Shown here: positions 52,801-60,208 of the stretch, piece after piece
How positions within the stretch are numbered: the stretch's first letter is position 1
Layout: every line of letters begins with the position of its first letter
DNA from: Orbicella franksi
Taxonomy: Eukaryota
Length of the DNA stretch: 64,000 nucleotides
NCBI GenBank assembly: GCA_964199315.1
Contig: OZ116709.1
Span: 12,834,001-12,898,000 of the forward strand
Direction of reading: 5' to 3'
Translations under genes and position numbers: made by a program
The notes under the pieces: model-generated
What the model was told of the DNA's origin: nothing
Database searches by the model: none
Seen by the model: the letters and a program-made list of their open reading frames with translations, nothing else

Positions 52801-55498
52801 TATGTGAACAAAATAAAAATTAACTATAAATATATAAATAAAATTATTTTTAAACAGAGTTATTAAGTTCGTAAATAAACTAAATGGAAACAAAAGATAT
52901 TCTGCTCAATTGAAAAGAATGCATAATGAAAACAAATTCTTCCAATGGTATTTAATTTTTTGGACAGCATGCAGGATCAAATTGGCAGATCACATATGGG
53001 AACTCCCTTGAAAAACAAAACAGGAAAACATGCCACGGTTTCCTGTTTTGTTACAAAATGTTGCTTGCTGGTCTTACATAAATTTTCTAAATAGCTACAT
53101 GTTTTGGGACTTAAACTACTTTATATACCTCATTTACGATAAATGCCTTAATGTGTATAAAGTAGAGAGATTGAGATTGGTACATTATCCATGAGATTTC
53201 ATCAAAGATTTCACCTACAAAAATAGTGTTTAACACGTTTCAAAATTTCAAGACCTTATAAGTACAGCATTACATTCACAGAAAAAAATGTGCTAAACTC
53301 TTTATCAAAAAGAATAGGTTCCACTCTTCATCTATTGTACTGTAAAGTGAATTCAGTAACATTACTGTGAAACCACAAATAGTCGTGGTTTAGCTATAAT
53401 AACAGAACGAATTTGATGGCAAAGATCATCTCTTATCAGACTAAAGTTTCAGATGTTCATATTAATTTTTGGATACGAAATTTAATCATACGGTAGATAA
53501 CGTGTGTAAATTGTAGCAACGGGAGCTGCTGTAACGTACACTGAAATTGACAACCAGCAGTTAATTATGTCAGTGAAATTGACAAGCTTACTTTCTGAAG
53601 ATGGTTGTTGACCCATTTTGTAAAAGTCTTCTTTTGAACGGCATCTCTGTGATCTGTGAGGAGACAAAAGAAACGTTGGAGCCATAATAAGTTGTAAAAT
53701 AGCCTCCAATTAAATCCGACGAGCTCCAGTTGTTCTCCTTTACGTAAAAATTGTAAATTAACGGGCGTTTAGATTGCTTTTCCGTGGTACTAAACCAATG
53801 TAAGCCTGACATAACACCACGCAAAACCAAAGGCTCTTTATATTTGTAGTAACTCAGAAAATTTGGCGTTCAATAATTTCCACTGTTGATATTGGGCACC
53901 TATTTAAGCGAAGCAACGCTTCTTATCTGCTTAAAACTACTAGTTCACATGTAATTCCGTTAATTCGACCTCTTTGCTCTCATCAACTATTCACATTACT
54001 GCAAAAACAAGACGCCTAGATTTCACGAGACTAAGTGTCTTTCTTAACAGCACGACACATGGACCGCACTAATTACCTGGTTCACTCCGCCTCAACTCGA
54101 TCATGAGCTCATAAACATTCTCGTCTTCTTCCTCAACCTCCCCTGACTCGTGGTCCGCCATTTTATTTTGTTGCCGTGGTGCTAGCTCACGAATAAATGA
54201 CCTAGGCAGGTCTGATTACTCGCGAGTGAATAATGCAGCTATTCAAGGTCATTTCACAGCCAGTCTTGAAAAGAAATTATCCTTGAACATCGCCTTGTTT
54301 TGGTCACAGAGTGAGCGATATTATTCAAAACACCAGACGGAAAGAGGGCTGCAAGGGCAACTAATACTGCACAAAACGCCCGCTAATACACGAAGTTACC
54401 ATATCATTCGCGCAGAATTTTCTTGAGGGTTCGAATCCAGATGATGTTTTATGCAACAGGAATTTAAATTTCCCCTCCCAAGAGATAAAGAAAAGTGTTC
54501 TGCTCTCCTTCACTGAATCAGCTGAATGCGTGATGTGCGAAATGTTGGAGCGTACTGTGACCGAACAGCAGAATCTGAATAGACTTATCTTGGCCAATAT
54601 AAGTTTCTGAAATATGAGAGCGAGCGATCTTTGGGGTGTGGGGACAAAACAATGTGCTAAATGACCTCCTCCAATAGTTATCATACAGTCCGATAAATTC
54701 TTAATTTAATGCAAATGCTAGGCCAAACGGAACGGTTCGTCGACAGCTTTTCTAGACGTAATATCATTATATATTTTTTTAATCAACTTTCGTTATCTCT
54801 TGCTACTTAGCTGAGCTCGTGAGAGTTTATTTGCCTTGTCCTGAGTTAGGACGCAGCCGAACTCCTTATCTCACGCAAATTGTATTTTGTAATAAACAAA
54901 ACGTGTTTTGAGGAAGACACTGGAAATTCGAAAAAGGCAATGACAGTGACATAATTGCTCGTTTTGAGTTATGAGGCAGACGTCTTTTTAATTTTAAAGG
55001 ATATAGAAAATGGCAGTGTTATTGCAGCCAAGAACAATAACAAATAATTCAATTGACAGTCTCGAAACAGTTAACAAACATCAAGTTATTTTCTTGCCAT
55101 GAAGTTGATGTATTAAACATATTACAACCAAAAACGACATGCTAGACAGCCATTAGATAGTGGCTCGCTATTACTGAAGATTTGGTCAGCTTAATTATAA
55201 TACTGAACTCAGAGAGACTTCAAAGAAAACAAAATTAAACAAGCAATTGTCCAACACAGCAAAGAGTGAATTGGTACAGTTTCATTTGAAGCGTTTCCTC
55301 GTGAACAGATCAGTACCAGAAAGAACATAATCATTTCATTTAAGTTAATCAGCTTTTCGAAAGTAAGGGTGGAATTATGCCCAAAAAAGCACGCTTACCA
55401 GCAATTTTACACACCGCTCTGTCAGCAACGTTCGACGGGCTTCGAGTTCCAGAACGAGACCTCGGCCTGCCGTGAATCGGAGTACTTGGCCTAGACAT
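1..55498 (-). CDS. DST/MACF1: Spectraplakin (dystonin/MACF1/shot-like), multi-exon, 3' end outside window
   Basis: About 50 exons joined with consistent phase. CH1 ([19 protein letters not shown]; [22 protein letters not shown]; [31 protein letters not shown]), CH2 ([10 protein letters not shown]; [23 protein letters not shown]; [15 protein letters not shown]), plakin/SH3 ([17 protein letters not shown]; [19 protein letters not shown]) and spectrin repeats. Co-ortholog assignment to DST versus MACF1 cannot be made by eye. Confidence 0.95.
7740..7802 (-). CDS. Predicted alternative first exon [21 protein letters not shown] (phase 0)
   Basis: CAAATG start with in-frame stop upstream; donor GAT|GTAAGT; phase matches the giant-exon acceptor at 6289. 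Confidence 0.55.
8921..9115 (-). CDS. DST/MACF1: Spectrin-repeat exon [13 protein letters not shown]...QWDQL...RVGDK
   Basis: 195 nt; donor GTGAGT. Confidence 0.92.
9355..9561 (-). CDS. DST/MACF1: Spectrin-repeat exon [12 protein letters not shown]...NLSRRVK
   Basis: 207 nt; donor GTAAGA. Confidence 0.9.
9797..9907 (-). CDS. DST/MACF1: Spectrin-repeat exon [37 protein letters not shown] (GC donor)
   Basis: 111 nt; the only in-frame donor before the stop is CAG|GCTAGT. Confidence 0.85.
10226..10335. repeat. (CTGT)n microsatellite, degenerate
   Basis: Direct inspection. Confidence 0.9.
10423..10761 (-). CDS. DST/MACF1: Spectrin-repeat exon [10 protein letters not shown]...RYDEVW...ISEHK
   Basis: 339 nt; donor GTAAGA. 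Confidence 0.93.
10995..11420 (+). mobile_element. 5'-truncated CR1/L2-clade LINE 3' end
   Basis: [26 protein letters not shown]...FKKEL, typical of the C-terminal end of LINE ORF2; T-rich UTR and AATAAA tail. Confidence 0.75.
11756..12082 (-). CDS. DST/MACF1: Spectrin-repeat exon [11 protein letters not shown]...NWQAL...VWLDNIE...KEQK
   Basis: 327 nt; ORF 11738-12067. Confidence 0.93.
12620..12898 (-). CDS. DST/MACF1: Spectrin-repeat exon [14 protein letters not shown]...LWAEV...EEKLQ
   Basis: 279 nt; donor GTGAGT. Confidence 0.92.
13143..13457 (-). CDS. DST/MACF1: Spectrin-repeat exon [13 protein letters not shown]...RYDELC...QAQQFK
   Basis: 315 nt; ORF 13134-13442. Confidence 0.92.
13849..14038 (-). 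CDS. DST/MACF1: Spectrin-repeat exon LLLLLSEQG...VLPWLNSVE...ISDLQ
   Basis: ORF 13789-14031; phases match. Confidence 0.9.
14413..14555 (-). CDS. DST/MACF1: Spectrin-repeat exon [11 protein letters not shown]...LADINERYN(R)
   Basis: 143 nt; phase 2 out. Confidence 0.88.
15124..15207 (-). CDS. DST/MACF1: Spectrin-repeat exon [28 protein letters not shown]
   Basis: 84 nt; strong pyrimidine tract. Confidence 0.9.
15894..15986 (-). CDS. DST/MACF1: Spectrin-repeat exon [31 protein letters not shown]
   Basis: FL|AWL junction; 93 nt. Confidence 0.9.
17773..18018 (-). CDS. DST/MACF1: Spectrin-repeat exon [14 protein letters not shown]...RWGRL...LHPFL
   Basis: 246 nt; AG/GT flanks. Confidence 0.9.
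19535..20085. repeat. Degenerate tandem repeat (GTGTGACCATTCAAATGAAAGC...GTGGTGCTGTTTATTA), about 5 copies
   Basis: Motifs recur roughly every 100-130 bp. Confidence 0.75.
20475..20615 (-). CDS. DST/MACF1: Spectrin-repeat exon [23 protein letters not shown]...EEQK
   Basis: LLDWL motif; donor GTAAGA. Confidence 0.92.
20916..21140 (-). CDS. DST/MACF1: Spectrin-repeat exon [11 protein letters not shown]...RYEKLL...KEHKE
   Basis: 225 nt; ORF 20859-21140. Confidence 0.88.
21195..21385 (-). mobile_element. tRNA-derived repeat (SINE-like)
   Basis: Minus strand 21256-21328 has A-box TAGCTCAGTTGG and B-box-like GGTTCCAATTCC, but imperfect stems; embedded in a longer repeat. Confidence 0.7.
21482..21780. 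mobile_element. Palindromic hairpin element (Crypton/Eulor-like)
   Basis: Imperfect inverted repeat 21482-21625 with loop ACGATGCGCAGCGGAGT. Confidence 0.6.
21848..22200 (+). mobile_element. 5'-truncated CR1/L2-clade LINE 3' end
   Basis: [47 protein letters not shown]; AATAAA and (GTAT)-like tail. Confidence 0.8.
22273..22356 (-). CDS. DST/MACF1: Spectrin-repeat exon [28 protein letters not shown]
   Basis: 84 nt; donor GTGAGA. Confidence 0.87.
22811..23113 (-). CDS. DST/MACF1: Spectrin-repeat exon [15 protein letters not shown]...[10 protein letters not shown]...MEELT
   Basis: 303 nt; donor GTGAGT. Confidence 0.9.
23491..23629 (-). CDS. DST/MACF1: Spectrin-repeat exon [22 protein letters not shown]...IKVLQ
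   Basis: Phase 2 in; ORF 23386-23640. Confidence 0.88.
23648..24290 (-). mobile_element. LINE 3' fragment with (ATCTGA)-type tail
   Basis: AATAAAAAATCTGAATCTGAAAATCTGAAATCTG tail, 3' UTR hairpin CAGTGACCAA...TTGGTCACTG, decayed ORF 24060-24260. Confidence 0.6.
24321..24475 (-). CDS. DST/MACF1: Spectrin-repeat exon [16 protein letters not shown]...[14 protein letters not shown]
   Basis: 155 nt; donor GTGAGT. Confidence 0.88.
24878..25003 (-). CDS. DST/MACF1: Spectrin-repeat exon [18 protein letters not shown]...LQQVE
   Basis: LLAWL motif; 126 nt. Confidence 0.9.
25101..25377 (-). mobile_element. tRNA-headed SINE, near full length
   Basis: A-box TGGCCTTATGG, B-box GTTCGAGCC, CORE-like TTGGGCAAGAC; homologous to 30682-30993. 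Confidence 0.88.
26016..26216 (-). CDS. DST/MACF1: Exon [19 protein letters not shown]...VQTLDK
   Basis: 201 nt; ORF 25839-26201; AG/GT flanks. Confidence 0.83.
26648..26774 (-). CDS. DST/MACF1: Plakin exon (R)[16 protein letters not shown]...STSPEK
   Basis: Phase 2 in; matches the post-SH3 helix. Confidence 0.9.
26938..27808. mobile_element. Non-autonomous Tc1/mariner (Tc2/pogo-like) element
   Basis: TA|CCGTATTTTCCCGTGTATAAGTCGAC ... TCGACTAATACACGGGTAAATACGG|TA; subterminal CGACTTATAC repeats. Confidence 0.85.
28730..28821 (-). CDS. DST/MACF1: SH3 exon [30 protein letters not shown](R)
   Basis: VPSVCF motif. Confidence 0.94.
29000..29062 (-). CDS. DST/MACF1: SH3 exon [21 protein letters not shown]
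   Basis: ECxLxDNS...W plakin SH3 motif. Confidence 0.93.
29222..29548. mobile_element. MITE with AGATCT-rich interior
   Basis: Inverted termini TGCAAAATTTTGGCCAAGATCTC / GAGATCTAGGCAAAAATTTTGCA. Confidence 0.65.
29579..29725 (-). CDS. DST/MACF1: Plakin/SH3 exon [30 protein letters not shown]...CSYKNMQ
   Basis: 147 nt; donor GTGAGT; start of SH3. Confidence 0.92.
30682..30993 (+). mobile_element. tRNA-headed SINE, near full length
   Basis: TGGCCTCATGG A-box, GTTCAAGCC B-box, TTGGGCAAGACACTTAACTCTC core. Confidence 0.88.
33557..34204 (-). CDS. Predicted internal alternative first exon, 216 aa, N-terminal transmembrane helix
   Basis: Part of ORF 33368-34204; in-frame stop upstream of AAAATG; donor CAG|GTAACT at 33556 in phase 0, matching the acceptor at 29725. 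Confidence 0.72.
37253..37378 (-). CDS. DST/MACF1: Plakin exon [23 protein letters not shown]...ALNSLT
   Basis: 126 nt; donor GTAAGT. Confidence 0.9.
37977..38072 (-). CDS. DST/MACF1: Plakin exon [32 protein letters not shown]
   Basis: AY..AM..QWxW motif. Confidence 0.93.
38265..38369 (-). CDS. DST/MACF1: Plakin exon [35 protein letters not shown]
   Basis: G..L....HPA motif; 105 nt. Confidence 0.92.
38439..38600 (-). CDS. DST/MACF1: Plakin exon [40 protein letters not shown]...
   Basis: ATxELxWLN..EE.E...DWS motif. Confidence 0.94.
39122..39184 (-). CDS. DST/MACF1: Plakin exon [21 protein letters not shown]
   Basis: 63 nt; phase 0/0. Confidence 0.85.
39552..39680 (-). CDS. DST/MACF1: Plakin exon [23 protein letters not shown]...LDKIKKLE
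   Basis: DFGxDLPS motif; 129 nt. Confidence 0.92.
41145..41272 (-). CDS. DST/MACF1: Plakin exon (D)[42 protein letters not shown]
   Basis: LxxMLAWI spectrin-helix start; donor GTAAGT. Confidence 0.88.
41383..41693 (-). CDS. DST/MACF1: Plakin exon [16 protein letters not shown] plus Thr-rich insertion
   Basis: 311 nt, phase 2 in and 1 out; ORF 41306-41662. Confidence 0.87.
42561..42649 (-). CDS. DST/MACF1: Plakin exon [29 protein letters not shown](K)
   Basis: 89 nt; donor GTAAGT. Confidence 0.87.
42948..43022 (-). CDS. DST/MACF1: Plakin exon [25 protein letters not shown]
   Basis: 75 nt; donor GTAAGT. Confidence 0.83.
43370..43560 (+). mobile_element. Decayed SINE fragment
   Basis: GGCAAGACATTTT and CATCCAAGGAGGAGT motifs shared with the SINE family above; similar fragments near 26385-26460, 38950-39020 and 44300-44430. 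Confidence 0.45.
43827..43877 (-). CDS. DST/MACF1: Plakin exon [17 protein letters not shown]
   Basis: 51 nt; donor GTAAGT. Confidence 0.83.
44494..44536 (-). CDS. DST/MACF1: Plakin exon (R)[14 protein letters not shown]
   Basis: 43 nt; phases match. Confidence 0.87.
44762..44826 (-). CDS. DST/MACF1: Plakin exon [21 protein letters not shown](R)
   Basis: Phase 2 out joins RLEQM, as in the plakin ELxRLE motif. Confidence 0.87.
44890..45196. mobile_element. MITE, Kolobok-like termini
   Basis: TATA|AGGTGG ... CACCT|TATA. Confidence 0.6.
45241..45298. repeat. 20-bp minisatellite x3 (TGACCTTATAAATCTATCTA)
   Basis: Direct inspection. Confidence 0.9.
45440..45760. mobile_element. Hairpin element (Crypton/Eulor-like) with 46-bp stem
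   Basis: 45645-45690 pairs with 45706-45751 (one mismatch); loop GAGGGCGCAGCCTGA. Confidence 0.7.
45800..45868 (-). CDS. DST/MACF1: Plakin exon [23 protein letters not shown]
   Basis: 69 nt; donor GTGAGA. Confidence 0.83.
46408..46503 (-). CDS. DST/MACF1: Plakin exon [32 protein letters not shown]
   Basis: 96 nt; AG/GT flanks. Confidence 0.85.
46546..47319. mobile_element. MITE with about 290-bp TIRs and TTAA target duplication (Kolobok-like)
   Basis: TTAA|AGTGCC ... GGCACT|TTAA; long inverted arms give mirror ORFs 46576-46821 and 46972-47205. Confidence 0.88.
47352..47471 (-). CDS. DST/MACF1: Plakin-domain exon [16 protein letters not shown]...FPKTVQGIK
   Basis: 120 nt, phase 0/0, open frame. 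Confidence 0.88.
47663..47772 (-). CDS. DST/MACF1: CH2 end exon (D)[36 protein letters not shown]
   Basis: [11 protein letters not shown] motif; donor GTAAGT. Confidence 0.95.
48092..48207 (-). CDS. DST/MACF1: CH2 exon [38 protein letters not shown]
   Basis: Conserved CH2; AG/GT flanks. Confidence 0.95.
48369..48449 (-). CDS. DST/MACF1: CH2 exon [26 protein letters not shown](R)
   Basis: NFTSSWxDGLAF motif; phases match. Confidence 0.95.
   Translation of the reverse strand, partial: VPFSGSWKLYLIMERWPSFQCNYPQI
48631..49360. mobile_element. TTAA-flanked MITE(s) with AAACCG arrays
   Basis: TTAAGGAGGAGGGG at 48631; CCCCCTCC(TCC)TTAA at 48956 and 49360. Confidence 0.65.
50028..50412. mobile_element. 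Decayed Tc1/mariner-type MITE
   Basis: Imperfect TIR TACCGGTAAACCCTGCTATCTCAA / TTGAGATAACCAGGTTCTATTGTA. Confidence 0.5.
50498..50583 (-). CDS. DST/MACF1: CH2 exon [29 protein letters not shown]
   Basis: AKEALLLW motif; phase 2 out. Confidence 0.95.
51057..51149 (-). CDS. DST/MACF1: CH1 exon [31 protein letters not shown]
   Basis: Highly conserved CH1 end; 93 nt. Confidence 0.97.
51399..51476 (-). CDS. DST/MACF1: CH1 exon [26 protein letters not shown]
   Basis: Matches the plakin PREKGRMRFH motif; 78 nt. Confidence 0.95.
52315..52404 (-). CDS. DST/MACF1: CH1 exon [30 protein letters not shown]
   Basis: DLYEELRDG motif; AG/GT flanks; 90 nt. Confidence 0.95.
52612..52682. repeat. About 25-bp minisatellite x3 (ATAGGTCCATAAGTGATAT)
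   Basis: Direct inspection. Confidence 0.85.
53592..53653 (-). CDS. DST/MACF1: CH1 exon (D)[20 protein letters not shown]
   Basis: Canonical CH1 start; AG/GT flanks. Confidence 0.95.
54077..54161 (-). CDS. DST/MACF1: Alternative first exon B: [28 protein letters not shown] (phase 1)
   Basis: AAAATGGCGG start context, 85 nt, donor CAG|GTAATT, phase matches exon 53653. Confidence 0.8.
55399..55498 (-). CDS. DST/MACF1: 5' exon A: [33 protein letters not shown] (phase 1)
   Basis: Ends ADRAVCKIA, like the ERAVIRIA-DERD motif that precedes CH1 in plectin/dystonin/MACF1; donor CTG|GTAAGC; joins G|AT to exon 53653. A possible internal acceptor lies at 55490. Confidence 0.88.
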
Positions 55499-57407
55499 AG
55501 CAGACAGTAAAAGGTGGCGACAACTTCATCGTCTGCTCAGCCAAAAAGGAACAAGTGTTTGTCACACGGGTGAATCTTGGGTTTGGCATCACAACCGACG
55601 ACCAGAAATTTCCACATGCAAATAAAAATTATAAAGGGAACTTACGTTAGTTACTGGTGTCACTTCAAAGACAACAAGCGAGCGCTTGACTCACAGTGTT
55701 CTACAATACCTCGTATCGCCAACACAACGAACAAAGTAAAGCAGCTCCAAGGCACTAAATTAAAAATATAACAGGGATCGCAAAATTTTCCTCTTCACCG
55801 ATGGGCCACCATGTTTTCCCACGCTTTGAATATTCATAACTTTGCTTTGTACCGGCGTGTATTGTGATTGGTCAAATACATAAGAAGCAAGCGCAGCCAA
55901 GCGCGTGACACGTTTTTGGCGCGCAACATTGTTCATTGCGCGATCGTGTTGTCACGTTTGACGCTTGTTTATATCATTTCCCCTGTTTGTTAATTTTTCG
56001 ACAGGAGATTAGCAGCTGATTTTCAATTAAACGACGTCGATTGAAGCGCCAAACCGTTTGGTTTTCATCGAAACATGGGTGGTAAAATGATCGATTCAGT
56101 CTACTTGCGACCATTGAATATTTTAACTCGAGGATGTTGATTTCACGCTAAGCGACCAACTGTGAAATGAAAGCATGGGCGCGATATATTGCGTGCTGAT
56201 AAATGGGTCATGACAATATTAAACGTGTGAAATATGATAGATGGGTTATACTTTTTACAACGTAGTAAGAAAGGTAGTCAAAGATACGACGACTTGTCGA
56301 CAATCTGGCTTCAAACTTGTACACACTCTAGAATGTGCCAACTGAAAGTGTTTCGTGAATAATTCGCTCCTTTTTTCGAATAATTATAATAAGGGTTACG
56401 TGGTGCATTGTTATGAATCGACGATAAAAATAAACAGTGACAGACTAAACAATTGCAAATGGGGGTTAGTTCTTGAACTCAAAGTCCTTCGCCAACAAAA
56501 TTAATCCTTTAATATTCCAAAGTATGCTTGAAGATATTATCGATTCTATGGCGAAATATTTGAAGAGGAAAGAACCATTTGACGTCGTTAAAACTCGACT
56601 TTATTTCCGGATTCCAATATTTGGTAAGAATTATCTGAAGCCGTCGAACTCTCGACTTTCGTCATCGCGTGACAAATACATAATACGGCTGAGAAGCTAA
56701 ATTGCAAAGAACTGTCTTCCGGTCGCAAGGTCAAGCAGAAGTGATTGCGGTTTTTAATTTCATCATTGGGTGTGGACAGGGATAAAACCAAATGCCTACA
56801 AGACGCCGCCTAAAGTGAAAATTGTTGAAAACTTCGAATTTGTCAATTAGTCTCTGCCTCTTCATCAAGAATTCGTGTCGACAAAAGCTTTAGTGCTGAC
56901 AGGTTCCGTTCCAAAAATAACCTCTGAGAGCGCATTTCCATCTTTAATTGAGCAAACAATCATGTCTCAAATGCAGACTGCTTGTCTGCCAGTCTCTCAG
57001 TTCATATGACCTTTCAAATTTTGGCATGAATCCAGTGTTCCTCGTGGTATGGTTTAATAGAGCCCATCGGGCATCCCCGTGCCCCCCTCCCTCCACCAAA
57101 AATACGAACACTGGTACTTCTACTCAAGTTGGCAATGTCGTTTAGTAGTAATGGGGAGGGAATAGTTGTCTCTCACTCCTCACTTCTTATTGAAAGAAGG
57201 TTAGGTCAGGAAAGAAGATCCTTGTAACACGAGCAATAACGTCTCCACTAAGCTCCCCACCACCCCCTCCCTCCGCTCCCCCGCCTAGGCTATTTTTCTT
57301 AGAAAATTGGGAGGGGTCCGTCCTAATTTCTGAGAAAAAAAAAAGCTCCGGGCAACGAGATTGGGTAGTGTCACGTTACCTTATTAGGCTAGAACACATC
57401 GCCAGAG

Positions 57408-57632
57408 TTGAGGGCTTCCCAGGGGGTAGTATGTTCCCTTGAAAATTTCACGTTTTCTCCCTTGTTCCTTATTAATAAATTCCATTGTTCCCTAAATTTT
57501 TTTGTCAAAGTACCCTTTAATAGTAGAAATATCCCTTGCTCCGTCAAATTAATCCAAACAATATTCCTTGTTCTCTTGAACATATGATCATGTTTCCTTG
57601 ATCCCAAAACCCCTGAGAGGGGAAGCCCTCAA
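57408..57632. mobile_element. MITE
   Basis: 13-bp TIR TTGAGGGCTTCCC / GGGAAGCCCTCAA; GTTCCC-rich interior. Confidence 0.65.
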
Positions 57633-57961
57633 AGTTGTAAAGCCTGAGAAAAGGTCGCCAAAGCAAGAAATTCAGCAAATCTCTTGTGAAAGCACTGAAA
57701 GTTATTAGTTCGCGATGAGGACCTCCCTTTTGATTTCAACTGCTGAGCTTCTAAGAAAGCGGTGAGCTCGCGTATAAAATGTAGATTCACACGGGTGTGT
57801 ACTCCGCTGAAATGTTACGCTGGAAAATGAAAATTATCTTGTTTTCAAAGAGATACTGCAATGGCGACTCTAGTTCTACTGGGTCCCTCGTGTGCGTGAA
57901 CGCCTACAGGGGCAGTCAGTAAAACCGGGCATCTCCGATTGCATGCGCAAACTGTAGGACA

Positions 57962-58266
57962 AGATCCCCACTACACCGGAGGAATTTAGAAGCGCAACAA
58001 TCACTGGTCATTTTGGATTTGTGTTTGAGGAAAACTCGAGCAGGGAAATCACATGATAATCGTGGCTACATGGTTTTCCTTAAGTTCCGTTTTTTAAATG
58101 TTTTCCGTCCACACGAAAACGAAAAGCTGGCGTTTACAAATTCCTCCGGTTTAAAGAGCGTTTTTGAAAAGTTCTGTTTTGGTGACAGATTAGTGTGAAC
58201 GGTACGTAGAAATAAGTTAAAGCTGCGTTTTCACAAATTTCTCCGCGTAGTGTGGACGCTGCCTAA
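57962..58266. mobile_element. PIF/Harbinger-type MITE
   Basis: CCACTACACCGGAG ... CTCCGCGTAGTGTGGACGCTGCCTAA inverted termini. Confidence 0.65.
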
Positions 58267-59028
58267 TAAGGTGGTCCCTGAGGTTTCTCTTTCAGTTCCA
58301 TGAAACCAAATAAAAAGAATCGTCTACCCATTAAAAACTTAAGTCATCGTTAATTAATCCTGTTATTACTTTCTGAAGCATTTGCAGGCTAATTGGCTTA
58401 CAAAAGGTGAATAAAACAAAGAAGCTTAAATAGGTCAATAACTTGAATCCATACACTTATTTACTTTTTTACTTAGCCGCATTCCAGGAAGAATTGAGAT
58501 GCATAGGAGATCGAAGTTCGACTGAATATGATTGCATATATTTTAATCATTAATCTATAGTTGTAGAATGTTGCTAATGAGACAATTTTCAAAATATAAA
58601 CAACTGCTTACCTTTCTATGATATCCACACCTCTAAAGCAACAACGAAATAAACATTTTATACAGCTGGAAGGGTGGATCGTTCCCCTGTCAGGAGTTCT
58701 CTCACAGCTATTGGAACGCCAATGTTGTTTGCGCGTAAACGTTGCACGTTAACCTCTGAGCGGGAGATGATGATTTAATGAAGCAGGCACGAACAGGGCA
58801 GCTGCTATGGAATACGTAATTTCGACCTTCCTTGTGCCACTTGTGCGTTCAGTTTGCTTCTAAATGTATGTCTATGTGTAATGGTCAAGGACTTGATCGT
58901 GCGTTCTGCAGTTCCCTGCAATCACTCTGTCCGTGGTCGATCGAGTCAAGGGTAATGACTGGGTAGACAACCGAAAAAAACTGGTGACGAGTAAAAACAG
59001 GCGTAAAACGCAGATTGCGGACTGCAGA

Positions 59029-59254
59029 AGGCCCGTTTCTCGAAGGTCCCGAAAAGTTTTCGCACCCGGAAATCTCAGACCTTGTGACTACAGAGTTATT
59101 TTATTCACATATTCTTAATATGAACGGAGGTTTTCCTCATACAAAAAGTTTCAGGCGTATACACTTATCTGTTTTTAGATACACAATAATTAATTAAAAA
59201 TTGCTTTGCGGGCCTGAAAATTAAAGTTTCCGGGGCTTTCGAGAAACGGGCCCC
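59029..59254. mobile_element. PIF/Harbinger-type MITE
   Basis: TIR GGCCCGTTTCTCGAA / TTCGAGAAACGGGCC. Confidence 0.8.
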
Positions 59255-59824
59255 AGCTAGGGGCAAAATGCAGACTTTTCAACTCAATCGTGTTACCCTT
59301 TGCATTATTGAGAACTTACTGTAAACAGGCTAACCGGGGCGTTATTTAAGCTAACCTGGAAGCTGAGTGATATTCAGGCTTACCGTAGTGCAGACTTTTT
59401 CTACAATTAGGCTAAATAACCCTGTTTAGCCTAAATAACCTTGTTTACGGGTAGCACTCGATAATAGAAAAAACGCGATATATACTTATCGAAAATCTGT
59501 AATCTACAGTTTGCATTTTACCCTCAGTCTCCGGTATTCGTTTTACATTGACCGTTATAAGACAAATGAGAGAAGTTTTTCCCCGTTCTAAAACCCGCCC
59601 CCTTCGCCGCCCCACCCCTGCCCTCATTCCTCTCACATCCTTTTTCCACTCTTTTTTTTCTGTACACTAACTTGAATTTTAACTCGTGTGGGCTCATGTT
59701 TTGTTCTCAAACCAGTAAGTAGGTATTAGTTTGTAAAGGACCAGCACCCCACGCATACCGAGTACCTCCTACGCAGGCGTTACTCCGCAAGCAAGAAAAT
59801 ATTGCGTGACTACTGCGTAGCAGA

Positions 59825-60208
59825 CCCGGGGTAACTCCCATAAAATTGGGTGGGAGTGTACGTGAAAAATCTGCGATCTTTCCTACCCTATTTATTACCT
59901 GACAAACAATTCGATACCCGTTTTGAGACCTGAACATTAAATCAATACCCTCTTTCAGACCTGACACATAAAGCTCCCTAGTTCAGACTGATAGTAAAGG
60001 CATTGTTTGTTGATGGTCTTAACGATAAAGATGAAAAAGTAGTTTCTCCTGAGCATACCCAAGTCAAGACTAGAGTGCAAAACCTATACCCTATTTGATA
60101 CCAAAATTTCCAAAATCAATTCGCTATTTCTGATCAAAACGGCTAAAACATTATACCCTCTGGGGCCGCACATACCTATATGACCCATATAAGGGAGTAC
60201 CCCACCGG
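59825..60208. mobile_element. MITE, CCCGGGG-TACTCCC family, copy 1
   Basis: Shares TIR and CCCT(T/C)TGGGGCCGCACATACCTATA with 61559-61970. Confidence 0.75.

Noticed and set aside
54427-54440. GGTTCGAATCC B-box-like motif
   Set aside because: No A-box or cloverleaf around it.
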